From: an uncultured Enterobacteriaceae bacterium
Lineage (GTDB): Bacteria > Pseudomonadota > Gammaproteobacteria > Burkholderiales > SG8-39
Length of the DNA: 64,000 nucleotides
NCBI GenBank assembly: GCA_964393745.1
Contig: CAYMVA010000020.1
Coordinates: 2,467-66,466 of the forward strand
Reading direction: 5' to 3'
The translations under genes and the position numbers were made by a program. The notes beneath the pieces are model-generated. The model saw only the letters and a list, made by a program, of their open reading frames with translations. It was not told where the DNA came from and searched no databases. Positions 61,447 through 64,000 of this stretch are shown piece by piece (position 1 is the first letter of the stretch; each line of letters starts with the position of its first letter).

Positions 61447-61761
61447 GTGAAACTGCCCCAGCCGCCGAAAGTGCTGCGCGACATCCTGCAGCTCGCTGAC
61501 CGCGAGCGCCGCTTCATCCTTGCCGAAGTGGTGCAGGTGAAGGGCCTGATGCCGCTGCTGATGAAGCCGCGCAACAAGCAGCGCTGGTCGCCAGAGGACC
61601 GCGCGCAGCTGCGCACGTACCTGAAGCGCCTGTCGAAAATCTCGCCTTACCTGGTGGTGCTGGTGATGCCCGGCGGTTTCGTCATCCTGCCGGCGCTCGC
61701 CTGGTGGCTCGACCGGCGCCGCGGCCGCCGTTTGCCCGCGCTGCCTGCACAGACTGGCTAG
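61447..61761 (+). CDS. Small hypothetical C-terminally anchored membrane protein
   Basis: 104 aa from GTG 61447, 1 nt after the yqjK-like stop (alternative ATG 61420). Basic helical N-terminus, one TM helix (ISPYLVVLVMPGGFVILPALAWWL), Arg-rich tail. Confidence 0.5.
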   Translation: MKLPQPPKVLRDILQLADRERRFILAEVVQVKGLMPLLMKPRNKQRWSPEDRAQLRTYLKRLSKISPYLVVLVMPGGFVILPALAWWLDRRRGRRLPALPAQTG

Positions 61762-61764
61762 GCT

Positions 61765-62541
61765 TTACTTCAGCTTCCAGTCGTAGTCGATGCTGAGCGG
61801 CGCGTGGTCAGAGAAGCGCCGCCGCTTGTAGATCGCTTCGCGGCGCGCGCAGCGCGCGATGCCGGGCGTGGCGATCTGGTAGTCGATGCGCCAGCCGACG
61901 TTTTTCGCCCAGGCCTGGCCGCGGTTCGACCACCAGGTGTACTGCTCGGGCTTGGCGTTGAGCCGCCGGAACACGTCGACGTAGCCCAGCCCCTCGAACA
62001 CGCGCGTCAGCCACGCGCGTTCCTCGGGCAGGAAACCCGAGTTGTTGCGATTGGCGCGCCAGTTCTTCAGGTCGATCTCTTGGTGCGCGATGTTCCAGTC
62101 GCCGCACAGGATCAGCTCGCGGCGGCTGCACTTGAGCGCCGCGAGGTGCGGCAGGAACTGCTCCAGGAAGCGGAACTTGGCGGCCTGCCGGTGCGGGCCC
62201 GCTGAACCCGAAGGCAGGTAGACCGAGATCACCGAGAGCTTGCCGAAGCGCGCCTCGAGGCAGCGCCCCTCGGCATCGAACTCGCGGCTGCCGAAACCTT
62301 CCCTGACCGAATCCGGCTGTGCGCGGCTGTAAAGCGCGACCCCGGCGTAGCCTTTTTTCTGTGCGTGCGAGAAACAGCCGTGCCAGCCCTTGGGCGCGCG
62401 CATGGTGGCGTCGAGGTCGGCTGCCTGCGCCTTCACCTCCTGCAGGCAGGCGATGTCGGCGCGCTGCGCCGCGAGCCAGCGGTAAAAGCCTTTGCGCGCC
62501 GCCGAGCGGATGCCGTTGGCGTTGAGGGTGATGACGCGCAA
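61765..62541 (-). CDS. xthA: Exodeoxyribonuclease III
   Basis: 258 aa from a TTG start ((M)RVITLNANGIRS...), with CLQEVK, GDWNIAH and SDHAP motifs. Confidence 0.92.
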   Translation of the reverse strand: MRVITLNANGIRSAARKGFYRWLAAQRADIACLQEVKAQAADLDATMRAPKGWHGCFSHAQKKGYAGVALYSRAQPDSVREGFGSREFDAEGRCLEARFGKLSVISVYLPSGSAGPHRQAAKFRFLEQFLPHLAALKCSRRELILCGDWNIAHQEIDLKNWRANRNNSGFLPEERAWLTRVFEGLGYVDVFRRLNAKPEQYTWWSNRGQAWAKNVGWRIDYQIATPGIARCARREAIYKRRRFSDHAPLSIDYDWKLK

Positions 62542-62547
62542 GAGCGA

Positions 62548-62568
62548 GGATTCAGGATTCAGGATTCA
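62548..62568. repeat. Tandem heptamer (AGGATTC)x3, degenerating into AGGATCC/GGGATCC
   Basis: Read directly in the pyrE-xthA spacer. Confidence 0.9.
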
Positions 62569-62585
62569 GGATCCGGGATCCTGAA
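62565..62585 (-). terminator. Perfect 10-bp hairpin TTCAGGATCC-g-GGATCCTGAA just downstream of pyrE
   Basis: Begins 3 nt after the pyrE stop. There is no U-tract, so its function as a terminator is uncertain. Confidence 0.45.
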
Positions 62586-62587
62586 GC

Positions 62588-63277
62588 CTAAGCGCTTGGA
62601 AAGCTCGCCGCGCCGCCATGCGCCGCGGACCACGCGGCCGGCGCGTGCAGGAATTTCTCCACCTCGTCGACCTGCGGCGCCGCGAGGTAGCCGCCGCCCT
62701 TGACCACCGCCAGCACGTCCCACCAGGTGGCCAGGTGGTGCAGGCGCACGCCCAGGTCACCGAGCGTCTTCTTCGCCTCGGGGAAGATGTCGTAGTAGAA
62801 GTTGACGTACACGTGTTCGACCAGCGCGCCGGCGTCGCGCAGCGCTTTGCAAAAATTGATCTTGGAGCGGCCGTCGGTGGTCAGGTCCTCGACCAGCAGG
62901 GTGCGCGCGCCCTCGCGGATATCGCCCTCGATCTGGGCGTTGCGGCCGAAGCCCTTGGGCTTTTTGCGCACGTACTGCATCGGCAGGCCGAGGCGATCGG
63001 CGATCCAGGCGGCGTACGGAATGCCCGCGGTCTCGCCGCCGGCGACGACGTCGAACTGCTCGAAGCCGGCGTCGCGCGCCAGCGTGGCGGCGGCGAAATC
63101 CACCAGCTGCGTGCGGATGCGCGGGTAGAAGATGAGCTTGCGGCAGTCGATGTACACCGGGCTCGCCCAGCCGGAGGTGAAAATGAACGGCTTGCCCTCG
63201 GAAAACAGCACCGCTTTCACCTCGAGCAGCATCTTGGCGGTGGTCTCCGCGATGAAGGCCCGATCGGCAGAGTGCAT
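62588..63277 (-). CDS. pyrE: Orotate phosphoribosyltransferase
   Basis: 229 aa from ATG 63277 ([23 protein letters not shown]...), with PRPP motif [12 protein letters not shown]. The ORF-track start at 63898 is a run-on antisense to the next gene. Confidence 0.9.
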   Translation of the reverse strand: MHSADRAFIAETTAKMLLEVKAVLFSEGKPFIFTSGWASPVYIDCRKLIFYPRIRTQLVDFAAATLARDAGFEQFDVVAGGETAGIPYAAWIADRLGLPMQYVRKKPKGFGRNAQIEGDIREGARTLLVEDLTTDGRSKINFCKALRDAGALVEHVYVNFYYDIFPEAKKTLGDLGVRLHHLATWWDVLAVVKGGGYLAAPQVDEVEKFLHAPAAWSAAHGGAASFPSA

Positions 63278-63364
63278 GGCGCGCGGATTGTAGCAGGCGG
63301 TCAACGCCGCCGGCGGTGGCGCGTTAGAGCTAGAATTCCCGCTGCATTCTCCATCGGGGGAACC

Positions 63365-63979
63365 ATGCTTCGCCAGATTCTCATTGTCACCGCCGCGCTG
63401 CTCGCGCTGCCGCTCGCCGCCCAGGCGCAGTCCTACCGCTGCGTCGGCGCCGACGGCAAGAAGTATTACGGCCAGACCATCCCGCCGCAGTGCGCCGGCC
63501 AGGTCGTCGAGGAACTCAGCAAGCAGGGGCTGGTCGTGCGGCGCATCGACCCGCAGGCGACCGCCGCGCAACGCGCCGCCAAGCAGGCCGAAGCCGACGC
63601 CAAGAAGAAGGAGGACGCGACCGCCAAGGAGGATCAGCGCCGCGCCAAGGCGCTGCTCGCCACCTACACCAGCGAGAAGGACATCGAGTCCGCGCGCCAG
63701 CGCGCGCTGGAGGATCACCAGAAAGCGGTGAAGGAGATCGAGGCGCGCGTCGGCACGATGAAGAAGCGCAACGACGAGCTGCAGAAGGAGCTCGACTTCT
63801 TCCAGGGCAAGAAAAAGCCACCGGCCAAGCTCGAGCAGGACATCAAGAGCGCCGAAATCGACCTCAAGGCGCAGGAAGGGCTGCTCGCGGCCAAGCAAAA
63901 AGACGTCGACGCGATCAACGCCAAGTATGACGACGACAAGAAGCGCTACATCGAGCTGACCAAAAGCTCTACGAAGTAG
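63365..63979 (+). CDS. DUF4124 domain protein with Lys/Glu-rich coiled-coil tail
   Basis: 204 aa from ATG 63365 with a signal peptide. DUF4124-like block [20 protein letters not shown] followed by a long charged helix. Confidence 0.7.
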   Translation: MLRQILIVTAALLALPLAAQAQSYRCVGADGKKYYGQTIPPQCAGQVVEELSKQGLVVRRIDPQATAAQRAAKQAEADAKKKEDATAKEDQRRAKALLATYTSEKDIESARQRALEDHQKAVKEIEARVGTMKKRNDELQKELDFFQGKKKPPAKLEQDIKSAEIDLKAQEGLLAAKQKDVDAINAKYDDDKKRYIELTKSSTK

Positions 63980-64000
63980 AGACTATTTCGTCAGCTTGCG

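Noticed and set aside
62548-62585. Possible CRISPR-like or phase-variation repeat
   Set aside because: It has only three 7-nt units plus a hairpin, with no spacers and no cas genes. No CRISPR array exists anywhere in the window. The observation is kept as a low-interest repeat finding only.

Overview
High-GC (about 68-70%) chromosomal core segment with betaproteobacterial gene content, Burkholderiales/Rhodocyclales-like. Supporting content: SAH-riboswitch-ahcY, Bug/TctC receptors, gshB-EIIA(Man)-ptsH-ptsI, metXW, and the string leuS-lptE-holA-proA-nadD-rsfS-rlmH-maf-rng. I call about 62 protein genes, one tRNA-Arg(CCG), one confident riboswitch (SAH), one candidate riboswitch (SAM-II-like metX leader) and several hairpins/terminators. 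I see no CRISPR array, integrase, transposase, rRNA or recognisable defence genes. Many long ORFs in the six-frame track are antisense or alternative-frame artefacts of the high GC content. Items worth a second look: (1) an in-frame fusion of a Cro/YdaS-like HTH module to an AGXT-family aminotransferase, next to a perfect palindrome and a divergent ThDP enzyme. (2) Four translationally coupled genes: MTHFR-like, CHASE2 class III cyclase, secreted SH3b protein, M48 protease. (3) A MacAB-like adaptor/ATPase/two-permease efflux operon ending in a membrane-anchored C13 (legumain/caspase-fold) peptidase, with an orphan ATP-grasp gene converging on it and overlapping its 3' end. (4) A family of AT-rich perfect palindromes (TGTAAAG-N5-CTTTACA) at four convergent gene junctions, which supplies the stop codons of three genes. 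(5) A roughly 1.5 kb low-GC islet carrying an orphan ABC_sub_bind solute-binding protein. All functional calls rest on my own reading of the translated ORFs and motif memory. No database search was run.
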